Assembly: GCA_040220235.1 (NCBI GenBank)
Contig: JAVJTO010000049.1
Direction: 5' to 3' (one strand)
Length of the DNA stretch: 64,000 bases
DNA from: Coleofasciculus sp. B1-GNL1-01
GTDB taxonomy: Bacteria > Cyanobacteriota > Cyanobacteriia > Cyanobacteriales > Coleofasciculaceae
The position numbers and the translations under genes were made by a program. The notes beneath the pieces are model-generated. The model searched no databases. It was given only the letters and a program-made list of their open reading frames with translations, and was not told the origin of the DNA. This document shows positions 1 to 10,514 of the stretch, piece by piece (the stretch's first letter is position 1; each line of letters begins with the position of its first letter).

Positions 1-201
1 GGGGCTGCTGTGTGGGCATCCGTTATGGTCAGTTTATCCTTCTTTGTGGGACGGATTATTCCCCTAGAAACTTTAGTCTCTTGGATGGCGAAATTTGGCA
101 TCGCGGCACTGCTGTTGGTGATTGCTTGGATAGGCGTTTCAATGTGGTTGGAGTCCCGTAAAATCAAAGATGTATCAATTAGCGATCAACCATCAGAGTG
201 A
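1..201 (+). CDS. DedA-family membrane protein, C-terminal part (5' end outside window)
   Basis: Frame open from base 1: GAAVWASVMVSLSFFVG followed by a further hydrophobic helix, typical of a DedA C-terminus. Confidence 0.65.
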   Translation, partial: GAAVWASVMVSLSFFVGRIIPLETLVSWMAKFGIAALLLVIAWIGVSMWLESRKIKDVSISDQPSE

Positions 202-482
202 CGATTACCGTTAAGCTGCCAACTCTCTCCTTATTGATGTGATTAGAAAAAATTATTAATCCGTCTAAACTCTTAGAAGGAGTGCAAGAGCTGAGTTTGG
301 CGCTTAAGCGGGTTTACTTATCCTTAAGATTTCATTAATAAAAAATCTCTCCTCTTTAGCCACTCAATTCCCCTAGATTCAAAATATTCAGCAATTTTAC
401 TGAAGCCATTTGCGACAAATGGCTGATGAAATATATCCCTAGGGATGAATAACAATTAAAGACAAGACTGTATAACAAAACA

Positions 483-923
483 ATGGAAACGCCTGTGAAT
501 ATTAATCTTAGTGGAAAAGACCTCAGTGGCAAGGATCTAACGGGTGCTAACCTTCGGGGTGCTATCCTCGAAAGGACTGACCTGAGTGGCGCTGATTTAA
601 GTGAAGCAGACCTACGGGGTGCGAATCTCAATGGTGCTGACCTCTGCTTAGCCAACCTCAGCTACACGAAATTGACCCGCGCCCAACTCAGGGGTGCTGA
701 ATTGCTAGCGGCTGATTTAATCGGTGCTGACCTCAGGGGCGCAGATTTGAGAAATGCAGACCTTAAGGGTGCTGATTTAACGGATGCTGATTTAAGAGGG
801 ACTGATTTGAGGGGGGTCAAATTGAGCCGAGTTAACCTCAGAGGTGCTGATTTGAGGGGGGCAAAGTTGAGTAAAGTCTATTTAATGGACGCTAATGTAA
901 GAGGGATAAAGCTGGTAAGCTAA
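483..923 (+). CDS. Pentapeptide repeat protein
   Basis: Continuous A(D/N)LxG pentapeptide repeats. Confidence 0.95.
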   Translation: METPVNINLSGKDLSGKDLTGANLRGAILERTDLSGADLSEADLRGANLNGADLCLANLSYTKLTRAQLRGAELLAADLIGADLRGADLRNADLKGADLTDADLRGTDLRGVKLSRVNLRGADLRGAKLSKVYLMDANVRGIKLVS

Positions 924-1054
924 TGGCTCTGTTGAACAAAGATTTTAGATTTTAGTAAATTCAAAATGCTAAAATCTAAAATTCGTTGTCTTGTTGCTTA
1001 ACTTACCTGTTCCCCAATCTCAACCGCCAACTTTAATGTTGTCTGACTACATGA

Positions 1055-2293
1055 GTGAATATTAAAACCGTTGGTTACTGGGTTTTGAGTTGTCTCACGG
1101 CGCTAATTGTTTGGCTAGTCTTTTCGTTTCCTAGCACGAGTCAACCGCATCCATCAGGAACGGTGAGGATAGTACTAGCCAACGGGGATAGGGGCGCTGT
1201 TGTGTCTTTGGCAAACTCCACAAGAGAGCGATCGCGAAATAATAGTGATCCGACTCCACCGTTAAACGACACGTCCTTATCCTCAACCTTACGGGTGATT
1301 ACGAAGGTTTTTGAGCCATTTGTAATCTATGACAATGGCAACTATAGCGGATTTAGTATCGAACTGTGGGACAAGCTTGCCGAAAAAATGGGGGTAAGCT
1401 ACCAATTGCAGGGCGTGGATACCATTGGTCAACTCTTAGAGGAAATAGAACAGGAGATGGCTGATGTCGCGATCGCGGGTGTGACGATTACGTCTGAACG
1501 GGAAGAAACCATTGATTTTTCCTACCCCTATTTTGAATCCGGGTTGCAAATTATGGTGTCTGCTCAGAACCGTAGCCTCCTCGGTACTCTTTTCCAAGGA
1601 ACTTTGAGCATTTTATTGACACCAGCCCTTTATTATGCAATAGGATTTTTTGTCCTCTGTTTATTGATCGCGGCTCATCTGATTTGGTTCGTGGAACGCC
1701 AGCATAACGAGGAGTTTCCCAAATCTTACCTACCCGGTATCTGGGAATCCTTCTGGTGGGCGGCGGTAACAGTGACAACCGTGGGTTATGGAGATAAAAC
1801 CCCCAAAAAGGCATTAGGACGGTTATTTGCTTTATTTTGGATGTGTGCAGGCTATTTTATCTTTGCCTACTTCACCGCCAGTATTACCACTAGCTTCACA
1901 TTGCAAGGATTGCGCGGCGCGATCGCAACGCCTGCGGATTTGCATCATGTGCGAGTGGCTACAGTGGAAAAAAGTGCGGCTCAAGAGTATCTACAGGATA
2001 ATCGAGTGGCATCTATTTTGTTTAAAACCCTGCCAGAGGCTTATCAAGCTCTAGAGGATGAACGAGTGGATGCTGTGGTTTATGATGCACCTGCCCTACA
2101 GAATTATGCGACATCTGAAGGGCAAGGCATGGTTAAGTTGATTGAGCCGACATTTCAACAACAAAATTATGGGATTGCGCTACCCGAAGGGAGCCTCTGG
2201 CGGGAAAAAATTAATTTGACATTATTAAAGTTGATGGAAGATGGGACATACCAAGGGTTGTACCAAGAGTGGTTTGGCATGTCCACACAGTAG
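1055..2293 (+). CDS. GluR0-like ligand-gated K+ channel (split periplasmic binding domain plus pore)
   Basis: Amino-acid-binding S1 (ITSEREETIDFSYPY), M1, pore helix and filter WWAAVTVTTVGYGD, M2, S2 (AVVYDAPAL, YGIAL). Confidence 0.9.
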   Translation: MNIKTVGYWVLSCLTALIVWLVFSFPSTSQPHPSGTVRIVLANGDRGAVVSLANSTRERSRNNSDPTPPLNDTSLSSTLRVITKVFEPFVIYDNGNYSGFSIELWDKLAEKMGVSYQLQGVDTIGQLLEEIEQEMADVAIAGVTITSEREETIDFSYPYFESGLQIMVSAQNRSLLGTLFQGTLSILLTPALYYAIGFFVLCLLIAAHLIWFVERQHNEEFPKSYLPGIWESFWWAAVTVTTVGYGDKTPKKALGRLFALFWMCAGYFIFAYFTASITTSFTLQGLRGAIATPADLHHVRVATVEKSAAQEYLQDNRVASILFKTLPEAYQALEDERVDAVVYDAPALQNYATSEGQGMVKLIEPTFQQQNYGIALPEGSLWREKINLTLLKLMEDGTYQGLYQEWFGMSTQ

Positions 2294-2744
2294 TTTCAAC
2301 GCTGAACTTCAATGGGGTATTGTTATTCTAGATTACGGCAAGTGATAAAATATACGGATTAAGAACGGCGAACTCACCAGTATCGCAATCTCTAAAACAG
2401 CGATTGTCCACCAGCGGATTTCTTGATAACTCATTCGCATTTTCTCAATTCAATTTACCCAATCTCCCTCAGGGAAATAGTCTTAAGCTAATCAAAGTTT
2501 GTTGAGAAAGACTATCAATTTATTTGGGTATGTTCCTTTTTACAGAGGCGACGACTGGTTTCAGTAGCCTGTGTGTGAAGAGTGCGTGAGAAATCCGTAA
2601 AGATAGAGTGAAAAGGAGTTTGGGGAAGCTGGGGGAGCTGGGGGAGCTGGGGGAGCATGTAGAGACGCGCCATGGCGCGTCTGGAAGCTGTGGAAGCCGA
2701 TTGCTTGTACAGTGATCAATAGCCTCTGTGATTTTAACATTCTC

Positions 2745-3566
2745 ATGAAACGTTGGATTGTCAGTTTATGCGGTATCGTGCTAGTGCTGGTATGCTCTGG
2801 ATTGTGGATAACGCCATCAGTGATGGCACAAGCCCAAATCCCTGATTTAACCCAGGCTCAGATTGAGCGGCTCAACGAATTGCGGCAAAAAGCGTTTACG
2901 GCGACACAACTGGGTGAGTTTGCCACGGCTGAAGCGTATTGGACACAACTGATTGAACTGTTACCCAATAATCCCGTAGGCTGGAGTAATCGGGGAAATG
3001 CCAGAGTCAGTCAGAATAAATTAGACGAAGCGATCGCAGATTTTAATCAATCGATTCAGTTAGCGCCCGACGCCCCTGATCCTTATTTGAACCGGGGGAC
3101 AGCTTATGAAGGAAAGGGAGAATGGGAAGCTGCGATCGCAGATTATCAGCAGGTATTGCAGATTAACCCCGATGACGCGATGGCGTACAACAACCTAGGA
3201 AACGCTAACGCCGGAAAGGGAGAATGGGAAGAAGCGATCGCGAATTACCAGAAAGCCGTCGATTTATCCCCGGATTTTGCCTTTGCCCGGGCAAACCACG
3301 CCCTCGCCCTTTATCAAATTGGCAAGAAAAAAGAGGCAATCCTGGAACTCCGCAAGCTAATCCGCAAATATCCCCAATTTCCCGATGTCCGGGCTGCACT
3401 CACCGCCGCCTTATGGGTGAATGGGAATCAAGGAGAAGCCGAGAGTAACTGGGTTGCTGCTATTGGGTTAGATCAGCGCTATAAAGACATCGATTGGGTG
3501 GAAAATATCCGCCGTTGGCCCCCCGCGATGGTGATGGCGTTGGAGAAGTTTTTACAGTTGGAATAA
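2745..3566 (+). CDS. Exported TPR protein
   Basis: Signal peptide (MKRWIV...VMA) followed by several 34-aa TPRs (WSNRGNA, YLNRGTA, YNNLGNA). Confidence 0.9.
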   Translation: MKRWIVSLCGIVLVLVCSGLWITPSVMAQAQIPDLTQAQIERLNELRQKAFTATQLGEFATAEAYWTQLIELLPNNPVGWSNRGNARVSQNKLDEAIADFNQSIQLAPDAPDPYLNRGTAYEGKGEWEAAIADYQQVLQINPDDAMAYNNLGNANAGKGEWEEAIANYQKAVDLSPDFAFARANHALALYQIGKKKEAILELRKLIRKYPQFPDVRAALTAALWVNGNQGEAESNWVAAIGLDQRYKDIDWVENIRRWPPAMVMALEKFLQLE

Positions 3567-3692
3567 TATCTGAGTTTTAGTCCATTTTAATGGACTTGAG
3601 CTATAAGCCAAGAACTTGAGTTCTTGGCAGATACTGATGTGTGGGCGCACGTCTGTGCGCCCCTACAGTTGGCTGGTCTATTCAGCTAAATC

Positions 3693-6074
3693 CTAGGACT
3701 GAATTCGCAATCTTAACACTACGGTGCTATTAACCGATTGAGAAGGACGCCACTTGAGCAAATGTCGCTTAATTAACTCAATCACATTTGCTGTTTTCAA
3801 GGTTGAAGCATCCTCATCTAACATAATCCGCCCGACGCGCCCTTTACTTAGCGTAAACTCGAAGACGATTTCACCACTCAAATTAGAGGGTAAATTCTTA
3901 TGTTGCAAATATTGGGTCAATGAAAGGGTGTTACTTGGCTCTAATCCCGTGACACTTACTACTTCTAACTTGGTATTATTGGCGGCTGGAGACGAAGGCT
4001 TTTTACCTAACTTTTTCCGAACGGCATCGATACCTTGATTAACCATTCCTTTGGGGGAAGAAGTCGGTAGAGGTGGTTTTTTTGCCTCATCTGCTTTCAT
4101 CGAATACATGCCACTAAATACTGAGGGTGCTTCATTGGAAAGAGAGAGACTTTCAAGGGACATACCTGTCTCACTGGCGGAATAGGCTTGTCGTTTTGAT
4201 TGAAGTGACATTGAACGAGGTGCTGCTGCACCGAAAACGCCTCGATAACTAACATCTTCTGCCATTTCCACGGGAACATTCATGGAAACCGATTGGCTTC
4301 CGGGTTCTACGCGCACATCATCACTAACGGCAACAAATGCGGTATATTGACACAATAACTGATAGGTTAATGCCGTATCGGTTACTGCCTCAACTCCCGA
4401 TTTAGTTTCATAAGTCACCATTTGATTCATCAAGTCTTTAATCCGCGCCCGTCCCCATAATTGAGCAATGGCTGGATTTCCGGTTTCACTAAAATTGAGG
4501 TGAAATGTTTTTTGATAGCGTTCACCCTCGACGGTAGTCCCATGAATTTGTAAGTCACCCGCCATGCGATCGCGCTTTCGTCCAAATATCACTAAAGGCT
4601 GCTGGGCAAATAAATCGGGGGCGATGGCGGGGTAAATTTCTGGGGTTTCTCCGCTTCCGTTCCAGGTTAGTTCAATGGTGGTTAACACGGGACTATTAAT
4701 TGAGCGGAAAAACTTTTCAACCACTTTTTCCGTCGGTTCATCGTGACGAATAGTCCGGCAAATTCCGCGTCCGATTTCAGCGATACGATTGAGTAAAAAG
4801 CGGTTAACGGAACTACCCGCCCCAAAACTATATAAGCGATTTCCGGGTTTAAGTTCCTGCTGAACTTCGGCTAAAATGCGATTCTCATTACCAATATATC
4901 CATCACTGAGTAAAACCACACTCTGCAATCGCCCCTCTGGTGCAGGAACATTAATCGCCGCCCGAATTCCACTGAGCATTTCAGTGGCACCACTGGCGTG
5001 TAATTGATTGATATAATTGATCGCTAATTCCCGATTTTCTGGTGTATTAGCCAGGGGGGTTTGGGAGAGATGGCGGACGGTATTAGAAAAGTCAAGAATC
5101 GTGAATGTATCGTCAGGATTTAACCCCTGAATAAAGCGCCGCATCAGTTCTTGACATTTGTGCAAGGGTGCGCCTTTTTGAGAACCAGAGGTGTCCATGA
5201 GAAACACCACATCTTTGGGAAAAATCTGATCAGGGCGATAGTCTAAGGCGGGAATAAAATAAAGGGCAAAATGTCCGCCCCGTTGATCAGATTGGGTTAA
5301 GACGGTGGCTTGGGTATTGTCTCCAGCAACTTGATATCTCAGGATTAAGTCTTTATTTGGAATTGTGTCATCACCACCCAGTTGTACCCGGACAATTTCT
5401 CCTTGAGTTTCTATCTGCAACTGATGAGAAGGGGAATGGACATTGTGAATGGGTACACCTGCATCAATTTCTACTGTAACGCCGATATCGTGTGCCGATC
5501 GCAATCCTTCGGGTACGATGGGGGGTGTGATTCGGGAAGCATCGGGGACTTCATCGGTATCGCCACTTTCATCAATGGTTGCACCCGGAATATATCGAAG
5601 TCCCACCACCATGGGAAAAACGAATTCATAGTCCCCTTGTTCAAAGTTCAAGCTATCGGTGTAGCGAATCGTGACATCAATTTCTTCACCCGGTTTGATA
5701 TTAGCCAGGGATTGAGTAAAGATATTAGCGCGTTCTTGTTCCAGTAATCCGGCGGTGCGCCCTTCTTGTTTAGCTTGTTCGTAAATCTGTTGGGCTTCTT
5801 CCCGCTTTTTAATGGTTCCTTTAATTATGCGATCGCCAATTTTAATTTCCATGTCATCCACGGCGGCTTCATCGGGTAAGGGGAAGACATAGATAGCTTC
5901 TAGCGGTTGGGTAAAGGGATTCTCAAATCGCTGCGTTACCTCAACTCGTGACAGGTTTCCGGCAATTTTCGCCTCAACCTCGGTATGCTTGAGGGGAAAA
6001 ACCAGAGAGTTTCCCTCTGGAGATTGACAGTATAAGCCGTTGTATTTAGGGGGGGTAGATTGAACGGAGGTCAT
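3693..6074 (-). CDS. VIT + vWA domain protein with C-terminal after-VIT-type domain
   Basis: VIT (YVFPLPDEAAVDDM), MIDAS DTSGS...T...SDG, LWGRARIKDL motif. Confidence 0.9.
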   Translation of the reverse strand: MTSVQSTPPKYNGLYCQSPEGNSLVFPLKHTEVEAKIAGNLSRVEVTQRFENPFTQPLEAIYVFPLPDEAAVDDMEIKIGDRIIKGTIKKREEAQQIYEQAKQEGRTAGLLEQERANIFTQSLANIKPGEEIDVTIRYTDSLNFEQGDYEFVFPMVVGLRYIPGATIDESGDTDEVPDASRITPPIVPEGLRSAHDIGVTVEIDAGVPIHNVHSPSHQLQIETQGEIVRVQLGGDDTIPNKDLILRYQVAGDNTQATVLTQSDQRGGHFALYFIPALDYRPDQIFPKDVVFLMDTSGSQKGAPLHKCQELMRRFIQGLNPDDTFTILDFSNTVRHLSQTPLANTPENRELAINYINQLHASGATEMLSGIRAAINVPAPEGRLQSVVLLSDGYIGNENRILAEVQQELKPGNRLYSFGAGSSVNRFLLNRIAEIGRGICRTIRHDEPTEKVVEKFFRSINSPVLTTIELTWNGSGETPEIYPAIAPDLFAQQPLVIFGRKRDRMAGDLQIHGTTVEGERYQKTFHLNFSETGNPAIAQLWGRARIKDLMNQMVTYETKSGVEAVTDTALTYQLLCQYTAFVAVSDDVRVEPGSQSVSMNVPVEMAEDVSYRGVFGAAAPRSMSLQSKRQAYSASETGMSLESLSLSNEAPSVFSGMYSMKADEAKKPPLPTSSPKGMVNQGIDAVRKKLGKKPSSPAANNTKLEVVSVTGLEPSNTLSLTQYLQHKNLPSNLSGEIVFEFTLSKGRVGRIMLDEDASTLKTANVIELIKRHLLKWRPSQSVNSTVVLRLRIQS

Positions 6075-6524
6075 GGTTATCTGTCCTGTTTTATCGGAGT
6101 TTTTTGATTGAAAAAAATGTAGTTAAACTTAGCTGGGTTGTAATAGGGTTATGGTAACCTGATTTTCACTGAACGGCATATTAGAGAGAATGGCACTGGC
6201 GCGTCTGTGTGTAGGGGCGCACGGTGTGCGCCCATTCTAACAGTAAAATCTATTCCACAATTTTAGCTTTGTCAGGGTGAGTAAGGGTACGGCAGTGCCG
6301 TACCCCTACAGGTGGGGTTGTAAGCTGTAAGCTGTAAGCTGTCATGCATTTAAATTGGATATTGGTAGCGAGCAAGATGTTCAATGCAGCGAGCAAGATG
6401 CAAAGCCTGCGGCATGGCTTCGCTAAACGCACTACGGCAAGGATTGCGCCATTATTAATATTAAGGTTTAAATACCGAACAGCTTATGTTGGGTAACGCT
6501 TACGCTCTACCTAACCGACTTGAA

Positions 6525-7139
6525 CTAACAACTAACCGACTGAAATATTTCTTCAGCGGTTAACTGTAAGTTAGGGAAAGCAACTGACTGGATACAGTCA
6601 TTCCCTCGAAATTGGCTGACTTGGTATTCTCCATCCACTAAAACATAAATAGAAACCGTTGGCTGTTTTGGATTACCAATAAATTTACGACCGCCCAGAG
6701 CCAAATGATCAACGATCCAGTATTCAGAAATTCCTATTCCTTCGTACTCCCCATATTTTTTGTAGTAATCATCTCGCCAATTACTGCTAACCACTTCAAT
6801 AACTAAAGGAATCGAAGCTGCCATAATTAAAGTAGACTCTTTTTTCCACAAGGGTTCGTTGCTCAATTTCAAACGATTGATCAACAAAATATCTGGCGAA
6901 TAAGCCGATTCACTTGATGCTGATTTAACTAGCGCCGTTTTTGGAATAGAATAGGGAAGCTGGAGACGGACATATTCTAATGTCAGCTTTTCGGCTAAAA
7001 ATCCCACAACGTCTTCATGTTCACCTGTAGGCTGTGGCATTTCAATAATGACTCCATCATGCAGTTCATAGCGTTTATTGGCTGGCTTCCATTGGATAAA
7101 TTCAGCGAAACTTATTGATTTTTGTAAGAATTGAACCAT
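6525..7139 (-). CDS. Uma2 family PD-(D/E)XK endonuclease-like protein
   Basis: RYELHDGVIIEM, SPD, LVIEVVS, YWIVD motifs. Confidence 0.9.
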   Translation of the reverse strand: MVQFLQKSISFAEFIQWKPANKRYELHDGVIIEMPQPTGEHEDVVGFLAEKLTLEYVRLQLPYSIPKTALVKSASSESAYSPDILLINRLKLSNEPLWKKESTLIMAASIPLVIEVVSSNWRDDYYKKYGEYEGIGISEYWIVDHLALGGRKFIGNPKQPTVSIYVLVDGEYQVSQFRGNDCIQSVAFPNLQLTAEEIFQSVSC

Positions 7140-7470
7140 GATTATCACCACAATTGGGAACGGGGACATCAACTTCAATCACCCAAGGAATCGAACCCGT
7201 AGGGATACGGCATTGCCGTGCCTGTTTATCAAATTCAAAGGGTTGATTAACACGATATCTAGCAAATAAGCCAGAGCTAGCCTAATCAATGATAAGATAA
7301 AACTTTGTCGCTGGATCACCCTTGCCCAAGCTACAGAAAGTCATTGAATCGGCAACATCGGGAAATTGAAGCCTGAACGTCCCTTTTTTGTCAGCAGGCT
7401 TTCTGCCAAGGTAGGAAGAGGCAAGGGGATCTCCAAATAAAGCTCACCCATTCTCGGTTTCATCGTTTAC

Positions 7471-8298
7471 ATGAATATTCTTAGTAACCTGCTTTCCAAA
7501 CCTGCCCAGCCGTCTCGTCCGAAAAAACAACGTCGGGGCATCGAAATTAAATCCGAGTCTGAACTTACTATTATGCGGCAGGCATCTAAAATAGTCGCTA
7601 CCGTTCTCAAAGAAATTTCCGAACAGGTTAAACCGGGGATGACGACGGCAGATTTGGATGCTTATGCCGAAAAGCGCATCCGCGAAATGGGAGCAACGCC
7701 GAGTTTTAAAGGATACCATGGTTTCCCGGCTTCAATCTGTTCCTGTCTCAATAACGAAGTGGTGCATGGAATTCCCAGTCGCAAAAAGGTGATTCGGGCG
7801 GGGGATTTGCTGAAAGTTGACACGGGGGCGTACTATGAAGGCTTCCATGGCGACTCCTGTATTACCATTGCCGTGGGTAATGTTAAACCCAACGCCGCCA
7901 AGTTACTAGAAGTCGCCGAAGCCGCACTGTATAAAGGAATCGAACAGGTAAAAGCGGGGAACTACCTGCTTGACATTGCGGGGGCGATCGAAGACCATGT
8001 TAACGCCAATAGTTTTTTTGTGGTGGAAGATTTCACCGGTCATGGGGTGGGACGCAACCTGCACGAAGAACCCTCTGTGTTTCACTTCCGCACTCGGCAA
8101 ATGCCCAATGTAAAGTTACGGGAAGGGATGACTCTGGCAATTGAACCGATTATTAATGCAGGTTCCAAGTTTACCCGGATCTTATCGGATCGTTGGACTG
8201 CCGTAACCGTCGATAATGCCCTATCCGCTCAGTTTGAGCATACCGTATTGGTGACAGCCAATGGATACGAAATTTTAACTGACCGCAGCAAAGTGTGA
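7471..8298 (+). CDS. map: Type I methionine aminopeptidase
   Basis: VVHGIP, D/D/H/E/E metal ligands (KVD, GDS, GHGVG, AIEP, AQFEHT). Confidence 0.97.
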   Translation: MNILSNLLSKPAQPSRPKKQRRGIEIKSESELTIMRQASKIVATVLKEISEQVKPGMTTADLDAYAEKRIREMGATPSFKGYHGFPASICSCLNNEVVHGIPSRKKVIRAGDLLKVDTGAYYEGFHGDSCITIAVGNVKPNAAKLLEVAEAALYKGIEQVKAGNYLLDIAGAIEDHVNANSFFVVEDFTGHGVGRNLHEEPSVFHFRTRQMPNVKLREGMTLAIEPIINAGSKFTRILSDRWTAVTVDNALSAQFEHTVLVTANGYEILTDRSKV

Positions 8299-8337
8299 AC
8301 AAGTCGAGTTAAGATAGATCAACTCAAAACTTAGCCA

Positions 8338-8543
8338 GGGCGGGTTTAGTCACATCTGGGTTAATCAGAAACGATAGTAGTAAAACCCGCCCCTACCCAA
8401 ATCGGTTCGGGCGGGTTTAGTCACATCTGGGTTAATCAGAAATGATTAGTAGTAAAACCCGCCCCTACACAAATCGGTTCGGGCGGGTTTAGTCACATCT
8501 GGGTTAATCAGAAATGATAGTAGTAAAACCCGCCCCTACACAA
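8338..8543. repeat. Three tandem ~71-bp palindromic REP-like units
   Basis: GGGCGGGTTT...AAAACCCGCCCCTAC units starting at 8338, 8409 and 8481, near-identical including loops. Confidence 0.92.
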
Positions 8544-8603
8544 ACACCAGGTTCCCTGAGCCTAGCGTTGGGTCAAAACTAATCGACATCCTAGAGGTAT
8601 AAA

Positions 8604-9365
8604 ATGTCGGAAATTGTGTCGATTCACTCATTCCGTGGTGGTACGGGCAAATCAAATGCTACAGCGAATCTAGCCGCGACTGTTGCTAAAGCTGGATATC
8701 GAGTCGGTATTGTTGATACTGATATCCAGTCTCCTGGCATTCACGTTCTTTTCGGCTTCGATGAGAACAAAATGAAAAATGCCCTAAATGATTACTTATG
8801 GGGGCGTTGTCAAATTCAAGATGCGGCGTATGATGTCAGTTCTATTCTCGGAGAAAACCGCAAAATCAATAGCAAAATCTATTTAATTCCGTCCAGTATT
8901 CGCATGGGAGAGATTACCCGGATTTTGCGAGAAGGGTACGATGTGAATATGCTGATTGATGGGTTTGAGGATTTAATTCAAGCCTTAAAGCTAGACTATC
9001 TCTTCATTGATACTCACCCTGGTTTGAATGAAGAAACGCTACTATCTATCACCATCTCTGACGTATTGCTCATTATTCTCCGTCCAGATCGCCAGGACTT
9101 TCAAGGAACGGCTGTTACCGTTGATGTGGCACGTAAGTTGCAAGTACCTAAGTTATTGTTAATGGTGAATAAAGCCTATGAAACCCTTGACTTTAAGGCA
9201 TTAGAGCAAGATATAGCCCAAACCTATCAAGCGACAGTTGCGGGAATTTTACCCTTATCCGAAGAGATGATTGAACTGGCTAGCGGTGACATTTTTTGCC
9301 TCCGCAATCCCAGTCATCCTTTAAGCCTAGAAATTAAAAAAGTGGCACAGCAAATTATGACGTAA
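8604..9365 (+). CDS. MinD/ParA-family ATPase
   Basis: Deviant Walker A SFRGGTGKS, VDTD, IDTHPG; no MinD C-terminal amphipathic helix evident. Confidence 0.88.
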   Translation: MSEIVSIHSFRGGTGKSNATANLAATVAKAGYRVGIVDTDIQSPGIHVLFGFDENKMKNALNDYLWGRCQIQDAAYDVSSILGENRKINSKIYLIPSSIRMGEITRILREGYDVNMLIDGFEDLIQALKLDYLFIDTHPGLNEETLLSITISDVLLIILRPDRQDFQGTAVTVDVARKLQVPKLLLMVNKAYETLDFKALEQDIAQTYQATVAGILPLSEEMIELASGDIFCLRNPSHPLSLEIKKVAQQIMT

Positions 9366-9641
9366 TTAAAACGGGGTTCGTAGTTGCGCTTTAGCGCTAA
9401 AAATCCTATCACTGACTGCAAACTCTAAAGTCAGCGAGATTTAAACTAAATAAGTACCATGGATAATCTTGGATTGCCTCAGCAGGATTATTGACAGATT
9501 TGAATAAAGGGCGACCCGATCAAATTGAGTGGATACAGTTGTTAATTGGTGCAAACGGGTCGCCCCTACAGGAGGACTAAAGGTGACATATTCTCAATTT
9601 ATTCTATTTTTTGCGTGTCTTTAAAAAGGAGAAGAAAGCAG

Positions 9642-10436
9642 CTATCGTAACTGGAGTTCCTGCAACAAATTATTGACCCAAAGGGTATCTGCTTCTGACA
9701 ATGAGGGTATCAGTTCTCGACTATAATCAATGGTGTAATCATAACCTGCTCGGTCGTAAACCTGATGCAGCAATGCTTGTAAATCCACTACAGGTTCTCT
9801 ATCGCCTGCACGCAGAGGTATCGGAAACGCCGGAATTGGCTGCGGTAAATTAAAAGCATATAAATCTGCTTGAGGACGACGTTCTTGACGACTAATTAGA
9901 ATTCGATAATCTGACTGAATTGTATTATTTAAGAGTGGCATCGGTTGCCATTGCCGCAGTAAGTCAATTTCAATTAAATGGGTCAAACTCCCAAAAATTT
10001 TCTGCCGTTTGTTAAGGTAGGTTTCTCGTCCTTTCCCAGTACGTTTGTTGACGGGGGAAATAATTTCAATCGCTGTCACGACTTGCCCGGTGACTAAATC
10101 TCGCACTTCTAGATAAGCTTGTTTGATTTGTTCGGGTATGGGTACAGTTACCGTCGTCGGTTGTTCAGCAGGTGGGGCAACAGCGACTGTTGATTCTTGG
10201 TTATCAGGATCATTGGGTTTTCTGTTGACTGTAACATCAGGAATTCCCAGCAAAAGCCCACTATCCCCATCAGTTTGGTTAATCTGATAAATGCGCTTTT
10301 CAATCGCGACTCGGTACTTAGGACGAACTTGGGGAACTAGAACATCAGAAATCGCCACAATCAAGCGATTGTGAACTTCCACCCAAAAGTCAGGATGTTC
10401 TAAATAGGGATTCATGCCGGGAAATGGAGAAGGCAT
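9642..10436 (-). CDS. DUF4058 family protein
   Basis: MPSPFPGMNPYLE start, IEIISPVNK, HLIEIDLLR. Confidence 0.9.
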   Translation of the reverse strand: MPSPFPGMNPYLEHPDFWVEVHNRLIVAISDVLVPQVRPKYRVAIEKRIYQINQTDGDSGLLLGIPDVTVNRKPNDPDNQESTVAVAPPAEQPTTVTVPIPEQIKQAYLEVRDLVTGQVVTAIEIISPVNKRTGKGRETYLNKRQKIFGSLTHLIEIDLLRQWQPMPLLNNTIQSDYRILISRQERRPQADLYAFNLPQPIPAFPIPLRAGDREPVVDLQALLHQVYDRAGYDYTIDYSRELIPSLSEADTLWVNNLLQELQLR

Positions 10437-10441
10437 ATTAA

Positions 10442-10480
10442 TTCGTCATTCGTCATTCGTCATTTGTCATTCGTCATTTG
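10442..10480. repeat. Heptamer short tandem repeat (STRR-like)
   Basis: (TT[C/T]GTCA)x5. Confidence 0.85.
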
Positions 10481-10514
10481 TACAAGAGGGAGGATTGATT
10501 CATATCTGGGTGAA

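Noticed and set aside
356..655. 99-aa minus-strand ORF and similar short overlapping ORFs throughout
   Set aside because: Antisense or out-of-frame to well-supported genes, with no independent motifs.
8338..8543. Possible CRISPR array
   Set aside because: The would-be spacers are near-identical, the units are REP-like palindromes and no cas genes are present.
8604..9365. Cell-division minD
   Set aside because: No minC/minE neighbours, RGG instead of KGG in Walker A, and no evident membrane-targeting helix.
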